Assembly (NCBI GenBank): GCA_039698055.1
Contig: JBDKTL010000008.1
Span: 1 to 50,884, forward strand
DNA from: Methanoregula sp.
GTDB lineage: Archaea; Halobacteriota; Methanomicrobia; Methanomicrobiales; Methanospirillaceae
DNA: 50,884 bases
Direction of reading: 5' to 3'
The translations under genes were made by a program, and so were the position numbers. The notes under the pieces were generated by a model. It ran no database searches and was not told where the DNA came from. It worked only from the letters and a program-made list of their open reading frames with translations. Positions 42,515-50,397 of this stretch are shown here, in pieces; position 1 is the stretch's first letter; the number at the start of each line of letters is the position of its first letter.

Positions 42515-42614
42515 GCGGACCCGTTCTCTCTTTTATTGAGGGAACCGGGACCGGATTGTAAAGGGGGACGTCATCAATTGCCGGGACCCGGGGGCACTAC
42601 TACGGGCTGGTGCA
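42515..42614 (+). repeat. Short degenerate intergenic repeat, copy A
   Basis: ggaccggattg...cgtcatcaattgccgggacccgggggcact...tggtgca. Confidence 0.75.
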
Positions 42615-42662
42615 GGAGGGCCGTAATTGTGATGGTTCCCGGGGCATCCCTGCTTCTGCCCG

Positions 42663-43184
42663 TTATCCCCGGGCTTTCTCCAGCATGTCCCGGGCAAACT
42701 CTTCTGCATTCATGAGGTCTTTGGCATCGGGCTTTCCCTTGTTAAGACCCCCGAAATATTTTAAGAAACTGTTCGTATTCCACCCCGCACACCCGAATTC
42801 ACCGATGACCGTGTACCCTTTCGCTGTGAGTTTTTCCCGGATCTGCGAGTGGTTCTTCTCAATAAATTCCCTGCTGGCCACAAAGGCCGGGGCTCCATAG
42901 GTTGAGAAGATGAAGGCTTTTTTCCCCTGAGCGTATGACAGCCGGTCGGCAAGGTCAAGGATGGATGCACCAAATGTCGCGCCATAGATCCCCGAGCCAA
43001 AGCCTACCAGGTCATACTCCGCGATCTCTTCGGGCGTAACCTGCTGCGGCGTTTTTATCTTAACACCAAGCACGTTTGCACAGGCATTGGCGATCTTCTC
43101 CGTATTGTTGTGATGGTAGGAAAACACAACCACGAGAGATTTCACGGGCAGCGGTTCTTCGATCTCATTTCCTTTCGTTTCCAT
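42663..43184 (-). CDS. Flavodoxin family protein
   Basis: FSYHHNNTEKIA, DLVGFGSGIY, FIFST.G, GEFGC.G. Confidence 0.88.
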   Translation of the reverse strand: METKGNEIEEPLPVKSLVVVFSYHHNNTEKIANACANVLGVKIKTPQQVTPEEIAEYDLVGFGSGIYGATFGASILDLADRLSYAQGKKAFIFSTYGAPAFVASREFIEKNHSQIREKLTAKGYTVIGEFGCAGWNTNSFLKYFGGLNKGKPDAKDLMNAEEFARDMLEKARG

Positions 43185-43304
43185 GTTCTCATCGTTTCTT
43201 TTATTCTCCTGGTAATTTAAATTTCAGGGGAATTGAATTAACACGGGAATACTCCAACGCTTTTTTGTATCACGCTACCATTCACGTTCCCCTTTTGTTG
43301 TGTG

Positions 43305-43342
43305 CGGGGCGGGGCCGGGATCTCACGGATTGCCGGACCCGT
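43305..43342 (+). repeat. Short repeat, partial copy (left part)
   Basis: cggggcggggccggg...cggacccg. Confidence 0.5.
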
Positions 43343-43385
43343 TTCCATCGCCATCAAATACCCGGGTGCTCTTTGTTACCGGTGA

Positions 43386-44738
43386 TCACGTGCGCCGGTA
43401 TCTCACATAGAGTGCGATACCTCCCAGTGCCACAAGGACAATGACCGCTGGAAGCAAGCCGGAAAAACCGAAGGGAACAGATGCTGGACGATATTCCGGC
43501 TCAGGGGAATCTAACGTGTTGACACTATCAGAGAGTGAAAAACTATTCAGGATCAGGAGTTTCAAGGGATGTCCATTGTCCAGAATGCCGGATGTCCCGA
43601 CAACTCCATAATAGACGATATATGGATTTTTTGCCACAAAATAGCCGGATGTATCCCGGCCTTCAAACTGCGTCACATTCCACTGGCTTGTCGCATTTTC
43701 CTGTTCCTCTGAAAAATTCAGGGGCGTGGAAGAAACAGAGCCGTGTTCTTTGAGATACCTGAGCAGTTCCTGTTTCTTTGATGCAAAATTCCCGTCATCG
43801 ATATACCAGACTTCTGAGATATAAAATCTCCCGGTCTTTGGAAAAACCAGTTTCTTGTATCCCCGGTAAGGTGACAGGTCCGGGAAATACGGCATGGCGG
43901 TATCCTGCGATACATTGACTCCCCAGTTGGCGACAGGATGGGTGTCTGCATCAACAAGCCGGTAGATGTGTTTTACCATTATTTCCTGAATCCCGGGACC
44001 CGCAAGATCGAGGCTGGCAGTTCCCGGTGTGCCGTACGGGAATATATCCTGCCCGGCAAAGGAAAGATTTCCTGTCGTGCCGAAATACGAAATCCTGTAC
44101 TTATCCCCGGGAAATGCGGGAGAGGAATGGAACGTGAAATATCCCGACGTCGAATCGCTTTCGTATTGTATTACCGGGATTTGTGTTCCTCCAAAACGAG
44201 CCTGGTAGGGAATTTTTGTTTTCTCGATAGCAGCGGTAAGGTCGACCGTTGTATTCTTTGCAAACCCATGGCGATCCAGGTAACCCAATAATTCTGTTTG
44301 CTTATTTTCGAATACCGACCTGTTATCGCAATACCAGTCGAGGGCGAGCAACGATGTGCTGTTCGTAAAATCCATGTACTGGTGCGATCTCCAGTATCCC
44401 GACAACACCGGGAAATACAGGAACGGGGATTCGGGATGCGGGGATTCCGTAGGATCCAGGTAATCGGTCTCCAGAAAGCGTTCATCGGAAGATCGGTTTG
44501 GTGAGACCAGGATGTCCCAGGCATTTATTGTTGTATTGTATGCATCGTTGGGTACTACAGCCTGGTTTTCGGAATAATAGTCCGCGGCATCATGCGAGGC
44601 GGTAAGCATGTAACTGACCCGGTATTCCGGCGGAGGGGATGTCGCGCCGGCGGTTGCGATGAGAAATAGCGACATTAAAAGGATACTCACGAACAGGACA
44701 AATGTGTTCTGCCGGGAATCCTTGCATCGGAATGTCAT
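43386..44738 (-). CDS. Secreted/cell-surface protein with internal domain duplication and C-terminal TM anchor
   Basis: Signal peptide; WY.D...F..K..ELL.YL..HG...TSGYF occurs twice; VPFGF + TM + RYRR tail. Confidence 0.75.
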   Translation of the reverse strand: MTFRCKDSRQNTFVLFVSILLMSLFLIATAGATSPPPEYRVSYMLTASHDAADYYSENQAVVPNDAYNTTINAWDILVSPNRSSDERFLETDYLDPTESPHPESPFLYFPVLSGYWRSHQYMDFTNSTSLLALDWYCDNRSVFENKQTELLGYLDRHGFAKNTTVDLTAAIEKTKIPYQARFGGTQIPVIQYESDSTSGYFTFHSSPAFPGDKYRISYFGTTGNLSFAGQDIFPYGTPGTASLDLAGPGIQEIMVKHIYRLVDADTHPVANWGVNVSQDTAMPYFPDLSPYRGYKKLVFPKTGRFYISEVWYIDDGNFASKKQELLRYLKEHGSVSSTPLNFSEEQENATSQWNVTQFEGRDTSGYFVAKNPYIVYYGVVGTSGILDNGHPLKLLILNSFSLSDSVNTLDSPEPEYRPASVPFGFSGLLPAVIVLVALGGIALYVRYRRT

Positions 44739-44806
44739 TTTTTTGATACCTGTTGTATTTAGTCCCTCTTTTCGTTAATAATAAAAAAAGAATATGTTTT
44801 GATTAT

Positions 44807-44898
44807 GCCGGGCTTGCACTGATTTCACAGACATTTGGACCGGATTGGAATGGACCCGTCATCAAGTGCCGGAACAAAAGGCACTGAGCAGCGCGTGG
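44807..44898 (+). repeat. Short degenerate intergenic repeat, copy B
   Basis: gccgggctt...ttggaccggattgg...ccgtcatcaagtgccggaac...ggcactga. Confidence 0.75.
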
Positions 44899-44959
44899 AG
44901 AATGAAACAAAAAGAGTAGAGATATCTCAATCCCGCCCTATTATCTATAACGGTGAATC

Positions 44960-45589
44960 ATGCGCACACTCTATCTCTATGTTCTTGATACCATGGCCGA
45001 CTGGGAGCCGGGCCATGTCTTGGCCGAGCTCCGTTCCGGACGGTACCTGAAAGATCCGGCACTCCGGTATTCCGTTGTACTTTGCGGCAGCACCCTGGCC
45101 CCCGTCACCACTATGGGCGGGCTGCATCTGACGCCGGAAGTCCTCATTAAGGATATCCACCCCGTCACTGGCGATGTGCTCGTGCTGCCGGGAGCAGATA
45201 CCTGGCTTGATCCTGCACAAGTGCCCGCCCTCCAAGTGGCAGACCGGTTGCTCAATGAAGGAATACTTGTCACCGCTATCTGCGGCGCGACGCTTGGCCT
45301 TGCGAACGCCGGCCTTCTGGACAAACGCCCGCACACCAGCAACGATCCTGCAGCCCTGAAAATGTTCTGCCCGAACTACCGGGGCGAGGATCATTATGTG
45401 AACGAACCGGCAGTAACTGACGGCAATCTCATCACTGCAAGCGGACTTGCACCGGTAGAGTTCGCGTACCATGTATTCCGGGGACTAAATGTCATGGCAC
45501 CTGCAACGCTCGAAGCCTGGCACGGGCTTTTTGCCACCCGGCAGCCCGAATATTTCCATGCCCTGATGGAATCCCTGCAGCACCAGTAG
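44960..45589 (+). CDS. DJ-1/PfpI family protein
   Basis: TMADWE, TTMGGL, LVLPGA, AICGAT, HTSN, DGNLITASG. Confidence 0.9.
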   Translation: MRTLYLYVLDTMADWEPGHVLAELRSGRYLKDPALRYSVVLCGSTLAPVTTMGGLHLTPEVLIKDIHPVTGDVLVLPGADTWLDPAQVPALQVADRLLNEGILVTAICGATLGLANAGLLDKRPHTSNDPAALKMFCPNYRGEDHYVNEPAVTDGNLITASGLAPVEFAYHVFRGLNVMAPATLEAWHGLFATRQPEYFHALMESLQHQ

Positions 45590-45609
45590 GGATTCATGAG
45601 TATGCATGT

Positions 45610-45650
45610 GGGGCGGACCCGAGACCGGATTGGGATGGAGCCGTCGTCAA
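45610..45650 (+). repeat. Short repeat, truncated copy C
   Basis: gcggacccgagaccggattggg...ccgtcgtcaa. Confidence 0.65.
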
Positions 45651-45741
45651 ACGTTTGTATTGACGGCACCGGGAATACAGCGGGGCGGGGCCGGGCTTCA
45701 TTAAAAAAAATGAGATGCCAGAAAAATATCGTAAGAAAAAA

Positions 45742-46032
45742 TCAATAATACCCGTATTTTTTATGGGCCTGCCCAATGGGCAGGATTTCCTGGACAATCA
45801 CCTGTTTTTTCTTGTTGTCTATTTCGTAAAATACCGTATAGCTGCGGGAGATGTGAAGCCTGTAGAGGATAATCCCGCCTCGTAAAACCAGTTTTTCTTT
45901 ATTGCCCTGGCTTCCCGGGAACGGATCTTCCTCAAGTCGTTTCAGGGCGGTTTTAATTATCCTCCGTGTCTTCACCGGGAGGCGGTTGATCTCATTGGCC
46001 AGCTCGTGCCAGGGCATACGGGAAAATGTCAA
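45742..46032 (-). CDS. relE: RelE/ParE family toxin
   Basis: LKRLEEDPFPG..KEKL..YRLHISRSYTVFYEI. Confidence 0.82.
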   Translation of the reverse strand: MTFSRMPWHELANEINRLPVKTRRIIKTALKRLEEDPFPGSQGNKEKLVLRGGIILYRLHISRSYTVFYEIDNKKKQVIVQEILPIGQAHKKYGYY

Positions 46033-46229
46033 TCCTTAATCTTCGAAAGTGAAACGTATCCTTCTTTTTTACGGCCGCTCCATTTCCTGGCATCTTCCTC
46101 AAGCCTGCGCCTCTTGCGATCTTCGATCATCTCTGCCAGGAGATCCGTATAGGTCTGGCCGGCCGCCCGCATCTCCGCAAGATCTTTCCATACCGGTTCG
46201 GTGACGGGTATCCGCTTGACCGCTGACAT
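46029..46229 (-). CDS. Putative antitoxin (small, RHH-like N-terminus)
   Basis: MSAVKRIPVTEPVWKDL..GQTYTDLL; 4-bp overlap with relE. Confidence 0.75.
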   Translation of the reverse strand: MSAVKRIPVTEPVWKDLAEMRAAGQTYTDLLAEMIEDRKRRRLEEDARKWSGRKKEGYVSLSKIKD

Positions 46230-46280
46230 GATCACATTGTAAGCATTGTAAATATGAATACCTTTTAGCGAATTTTCTGC

Positions 46281-46352
46281 GGGCGGTGGGGCTTGTGGTG
46301 AATCGGGCGGATCCTTGGGCCGGAAGGGGGGCGTCGTCAATTGCCGGAACCG
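46281..46352 (+). repeat. Short degenerate intergenic repeat, copy D
   Basis: gggcttgt...gcggatccttgggccgga...cgtcgtcaattgccggaacc. Confidence 0.75.
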
Positions 46353-46448
46353 ATATACTATCAAGGGGTTGCACGGGGCATGTCGTGCAGGAGCAGGGGA
46401 ATACCATGCATTTTTTACCGTGGAAAGCCATCATCTTTTATCGGAACC

Positions 46449-46739
46449 ATGACATCGGCTGGGGAAATACGGGAAGTCCTGCGGAAATGCCTGCCGGAGA
46501 TCCGGGAAAAATATGGCGTGACATCCATCGGCATCTTCGGCTCCTATGCACGCGGAGAGGCAGCTCCTGCCAGTGACATCGATATCATTGTGGAATTCGA
46601 TCGTCCCATCGGGTGGGAACTGGTCGATCTCGCAGATTACCTTGAATCCTGCCTTCACCATAACGTCGATCTCGTTATACGAAGATCCCTCCACCCTCTC
46701 ATCCGGGATACCATCCTCTCCGAGGTTCAGTACGCATGA
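46449..46739 (+). CDS. mntA: Minimal nucleotidyltransferase (MNT) antitoxin
   Basis: IFGSYARGE...SDIDIIVEF, NVDLV. Confidence 0.9.
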   Translation: MTSAGEIREVLRKCLPEIREKYGVTSIGIFGSYARGEAAPASDIDIIVEFDRPIGWELVDLADYLESCLHHNVDLVIRRSLHPLIRDTILSEVQYA

Positions 46740-47083
46740 CCGCCCGGTCTCCCGCTTTGTACCTTTCAGAGATCCTTGCCTCAATGGAAAAGATCGAGCG
46801 TTACGTTGCCGGAATCTCCTACGAGGAGTTCATCCGCCGCGAGCAGCTTATCGATGCAGTTGAACGGAATGTGGAGAAGATCGGTGAAGCAGCCGCAGCA
46901 ATCCCGGACGAGGTCAGGGACCGGCATCCCGAAGTGCCCTGGAAAACCATCGTGGGCCTGAGAAACAAAGTTATTCATCACTATTTTGCCGTAGATCAGG
47001 AAGTCATCTGGCAGATTGTCACGAAAAATATCCCGGCGACCAAAGGTAAGATTGCCGAGATCCTCCGGGAATATTCCCGGTGA
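46736..47083 (+). CDS. hepT: HEPN/DUF86 RNase toxin
   Basis: IGEAA, VPWK, RNKVIHHY (RX4HXY); ATGA overlap with MNT. Confidence 0.9.
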   Translation: MTARSPALYLSEILASMEKIERYVAGISYEEFIRREQLIDAVERNVEKIGEAAAAIPDEVRDRHPEVPWKTIVGLRNKVIHHYFAVDQEVIWQIVTKNIPATKGKIAEILREYSR

Positions 47084-47124
47084 CCCCGGGTCATCTCCGC
47101 CATGCCGGCTGCGGGTGGTGGGGC

Positions 47125-47329
47125 GATCCGGGCCCGTTTCGGGCGCAGTTTCCCCTTTTTTTGAGCAACTTCTGCAAAAACAGGTACACTTTTGCTCACT
47201 TTTTCCGGATATGTCCGATTTTAAGGGATTCAGGCTAAACGGGGCATGTTGCGTGGCGCTGTAAAACGCTAATGTACGCTATTGGGAGGCAAAAGTCAAG
47301 GGGGGTGGGGGAGTAGCATGGGTGCGGTG
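47125..47329 (+). repeat. Long intergenic repeat, copy 2
   Basis: Invariant 30-mer at 47252-47281. Confidence 0.95.
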
Positions 47330-47354
47330 AAAGGAAGGGGGATTTTGGTGCATC

Positions 47355-47577
47355 TCAACGGAATCCCCGTTTGAAATCCTCAACATCGATCCCGGCCTGT
47401 TTAAGAATTCCGATCAACGTTCCTTTCTTTAAGTTCGCGGTGAAGAGGGACGGAGAAGACACGCCATTCTTTCTGCACGACAACATGGCTCGATGTCTGC
47501 CGTCTGGCCTCGAACCCATGCTTCGTGAGGTACTTAACCAGATCTTCCCCGGAGATAACCGGGAGCTTATGCGACAT
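47355..47577 (-). pseudogene. hicA: HicA toxin with a one-base frameshift
   Basis: Manual translation MSHKLPVISGEDLVKYLTKHGF..QTSSHVV..SVPLHREL, then an extra A near 47428-47430; the shifted frame continues KKGTLIGILKQAGI...stop. Confidence 0.85.
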
Positions 47578-47791
47578 CCGCCACTTCGATCTGAGAGATC
47601 TCGCAGTGGTGTGTCGGGGATTTCCGGTGAAGTTCTTCCCGCTGGACTTCGAGAACGAGTTCTATTGCCTCTTTGATATTGGCGAGCGCTTCTTCCCGGG
47701 TCTCACCCTGACTGATCGCGCCGGGGATTTCCACGCATTGGACGGTGAAACCGCCTTCTTCCTGGGGTTCGAGCACCACCGTATATTTCAT
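47567..47791 (-). CDS. hicB: HicB family antitoxin
   Basis: EEGGFTVQCVEIPGAISQGETREEALANIKEAI. Confidence 0.9.
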   Translation of the reverse strand: MKYTVVLEPQEEGGFTVQCVEIPGAISQGETREEALANIKEAIELVLEVQREELHRKSPTHHCEISQIEVADVA

Positions 47792-47882
47792 AGGTACACA
47801 TTATTCACGAAAGAGTATACAATTTTTCCCTCTGGGATCAACGGTTCGATCCGGGCTCCATCCCTGTCGGCCGCGTGCGGCA

Positions 47883-47994
47883 GGGCGGGGCGGGAACGGG
47901 CTCTCTTTGAATGACGGACCCGGAACCGTGTTGGTACTGAGGCCGTCGTGCTTCTCGGGAACCGGGGGCACTGAAGAGTATAGCATTTGGTGCA
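47883..47994 (+). repeat. Short degenerate intergenic repeat, copy E
   Basis: gggcggggcggg...gacggaccc...ggccgtcgtg...gggaaccgggggcactgaagag...tggtgca. Confidence 0.75.
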
Positions 47995-48057
47995 AGATCC
48001 ACTATCCCAACTGCACCACATTATTTCCGGTTCGGATAAGGCCAAACTCCACCAGCC

Positions 48058-48153
48058 ACCCCCTCCCCTCAGTCCAAAAATATTTCCGGCACCCCCCCAC
48101 CCCCTCCCAAAAATATTTTCGGGACCCCCCCTACCCCCTCCGTATTATTTTTT
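48058..48153 (+). repeat. Three tandem ~32-bp C-tract/AAAAATATTT units
   Basis: A+C-tract...ccaaaaatattt..cgg twice, plus a degenerate third unit. Confidence 0.7.
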
Positions 48154-48448
48154 GACCGCAGGGCCCGGTTGGCCGACCGGGAAAATCCGGGGCTTATGGG
48201 GGGCCGAAATTTCCAATAATCCGGGCGGGTCCCTGCACCAGAGTTGGCTCAGGCTTTCCGGAATGTGGTGCACTTTTGGATCCGGATGTTTCAAAAGCCC
48301 GAGGTTGTGGAGCGGGCCGGGCCGCTCATTTGCTGAGGGGGTACCCCCTTTATTGTTGAATGGGGTGACCCCCTTAGCCGGAGAGAGGGGGCGGGGCCGG
48401 GCTTCATCAAAAAAAAATGAGATGCCAGGAAAATATCGTAAGAAAAAA

Positions 48449-48739
48449 TCAATAATACCCGTATTTTTTATGGGCCTGCTCAATGGGCAGGATCTCCTGG
48501 ACAATCACCAGTTTTTCCTTGGTGTCTATTTCGTAAAATACGGTATATCTGCGGGAGATGTGAAGCCGGTATATGATGACCCCGCCTCGTAAAACCAGTT
48601 TTTCTTTATCGCCCTGGCTTCCCGGGAACGGATCTTCTTCAAGCCGTTTCAGAGCGGTTTTGATGATCCTCCGTGTCTTCACCGGCAGGCGGTTGATCTC
48701 ATCGGCCAGCTCGTGCCAGAGCACAAGGGAAAATGTCAA
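48449..48739 (-). CDS. relE: RelE/ParE family toxin (paralogue)
   Basis: Near-identical to 45742-46032. Confidence 0.82.
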   Translation of the reverse strand: MTFSLVLWHELADEINRLPVKTRRIIKTALKRLEEDPFPGSQGDKEKLVLRGGVIIYRLHISRRYTVFYEIDTKEKLVIVQEILPIEQAHKKYGYY

Positions 48740-48936
48740 TCCTTAATCTCCGAAAGTGAAACGTATCCTTCTTTTTTCCGGCCGCTCCATTTCCTGGCGT
48801 CCTCTTCCAGCCGGCGCTTCTTCCGGTCCTCGATCATCTCTGCCAGGAGATCCGTATAGGTCTGGCCTGCCGATCGCATCTCCGCAAGATCCTTCCACAC
48901 CGGTTCAGTGACGGGTATCCGCTTGACCGCTGACAT
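48736..48936 (-). CDS. Putative antitoxin (paralogue)
   Basis: Near-identical to 46029-46229. Confidence 0.75.
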   Translation of the reverse strand: MSAVKRIPVTEPVWKDLAEMRSAGQTYTDLLAEMIEDRKKRRLEEDARKWSGRKKEGYVSLSEIKD

Positions 48937-48986
48937 GATCACATTGTAAGCATTGTAAATATGAATACTTTTGGCGAATTTTCTGT

Positions 48987-49093
48987 GGCGGGGCGGGGCC
49001 GGGCTTGTAGTGTGTGGGCGGATCCTTGGACCGGAGCGGGAGGGGGCCGTCATGAATTGCCGGGACCATGGGCACTGAAGAGAGCGCTGGTGG
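48987..49093 (+). repeat. Short degenerate intergenic repeat, copy F (most complete)
   Basis: ggggcggggccgggcttgt...gcggatccttggaccgga...ggccgtcatgaattgccgggacc..gggcactgaagag..tggtg. Confidence 0.78.
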
Positions 49094-49212
49094 TGAGAGT
49101 TGTCAAATAGATATTGTCATCAAGATCCTTTTTGAAATTTATGTGTCTTCTTTTTGGTTTCTATGGTCGAATAAACTATTTTATTACGAAGATAGAGTAA
49201 TCACTATCACTC

Positions 49213-50016
49213 ATGAAAAAATGTACTTATTGCGGTGGCAATAATTCCGAAATGGAGGTCTACTGTGATTGGTGTGGGGAGATATTGCTTCCCGAAAAGA
49301 AAATGACACTTTTGTTATTTCTAAAATATTACTTCCATAGTTTTGCATTGTTAGGAATAATTGGTGCGATTATTTTCTACATCTCAAATTTCTTAATCAA
49401 TCCAAATAATTCCGTAACTTTGAATCAAGAATTTTTAGGGATATCACTAACCAATACTCTTCAATTTGGATTATTCATTTGTTTTTGTTTTTTTATTTTA
49501 TTGCTTGTCTTGCTAGAGATTGAACTTGGAAGCATCAAAAAAAGAGATTTTTCAATAAAATTTTTAATGCTTTTATTAGTCGCTCTTCTTATCTTTGTTT
49601 GTTTTTTATTCATATTAGTTGGCTTGTCTTGGCTACAGCTGATTATTACTGTAATACTGACTTTTTTTATTTTCATCATCTATGTGCATATATTAGATAT
49701 CTTTGTAATGAGTGAAGGGCGAGAGACGACCAAAACCCGAAATTTATTAATTATTATAGGTATTTCTCTCTGCCTTTTCGTTTTATTTATGATTTTTAGT
49801 CACTCTATTATAAATTTCGTCAATGATATTAGTCAATACCCTCTGCCATATGAAAAGAAACCAATCTTATTGAGTCAAATGTCAAACGGATTTTTTGTTG
49901 GAATTTTATTCGGATTAATAATTGGAATGTTCATTTCTGCTATTTATATGATCATAAATGGATCACAAATCACCATAAATCAAATCAGATCCTTTTTCAA
50001 AAGGGATGAAAGTTAA
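49213..50016 (+). CDS. Very AT-rich multi-pass membrane protein with N-terminal zinc ribbon
   Basis: CTYCG..N....YCDWCG followed by ~6 hydrophobic helices. Confidence 0.75.
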   Translation: MKKCTYCGGNNSEMEVYCDWCGEILLPEKKMTLLLFLKYYFHSFALLGIIGAIIFYISNFLINPNNSVTLNQEFLGISLTNTLQFGLFICFCFFILLLVLLEIELGSIKKRDFSIKFLMLLLVALLIFVCFLFILVGLSWLQLIITVILTFFIFIIYVHILDIFVMSEGRETTKTRNLLIIIGISLCLFVLFMIFSHSIINFVNDISQYPLPYEKKPILLSQMSNGFFVGILFGLIIGMFISAIYMIINGSQITINQIRSFFKRDES

Positions 50017-50089
50017 TTTAGAATAATTCACTACCTATCCTCCTTTCTGATTTGCTTCTTAAATGTGCGGATCTGTCCTATCGTTCGAT

Positions 50090-50150
50090 TGACGGACCCA
50101 GACCGGAGTGGTACTGAGACCATCGTGCTTCTCCGGAACCGAGGGCACTA
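50090..50150 (+). repeat. Short degenerate intergenic repeat, copy G (closest to E)
   Basis: tgacggaccc..accg..tggtactgag.cc.tcgtgcttctc.ggaaccg.gggcact. Confidence 0.78.
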
Positions 50151-50169
50151 AAAAAAGTAAAATGGATTT

Positions 50170-50298
50170 TTATTTTTTCTTTCCACCGGATTTTGATGGT
50201 GCATGATTTGGATTCATTTGATTAGAACGATTGTCCACCGCAGCTTTTTGAGATGGATTGTTTGAATTTTTTGAATCTGCACGCTGATTGCTTGGCAT
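50170..50298 (-). CDS. 42-aa Asn-rich small protein (NRSNQxNPN motif)
   Basis: MPSNQRADSKNSNNPSQKAAVDNRSNQMNPNH...; SD-like gggggtga upstream. Confidence 0.6.
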   Translation of the reverse strand: MPSNQRADSKNSNNPSQKAAVDNRSNQMNPNHAPSKSGGKKK

Positions 50299-50397
50299 CT
50301 GTTCACCCCCTTTTTCACTGTTTTCCCTATTATTCAGACTGATATACTTCCTTTGTGGTTTCTGGACCATCACTACCGCATGCGGCAGTGTCGGGAC

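Larger units (their letters stand above)
45682..46352. repeat. Duplicated RelE-type TA module, copy 1
   Basis: Colinear and highly similar to ~48388-49070, including the flanks. Confidence 0.93.
48388..49070. repeat. Duplicated RelE-type TA module, copy 2
   Basis: Colinear with 45682-46352. Confidence 0.93.

Noticed and set aside
47987-48592. 201-aa Pro-rich ORF
   Set aside because: Translation of C-tract repeats, and it overlaps relE antisense; not protein-like
42515-50150. Classical integron attC sites
   Set aside because: No consistent RYYYAAC...GTTRRRY ends or attC-type hairpin recognised, and no IntI/tyrosine recombinase in the window
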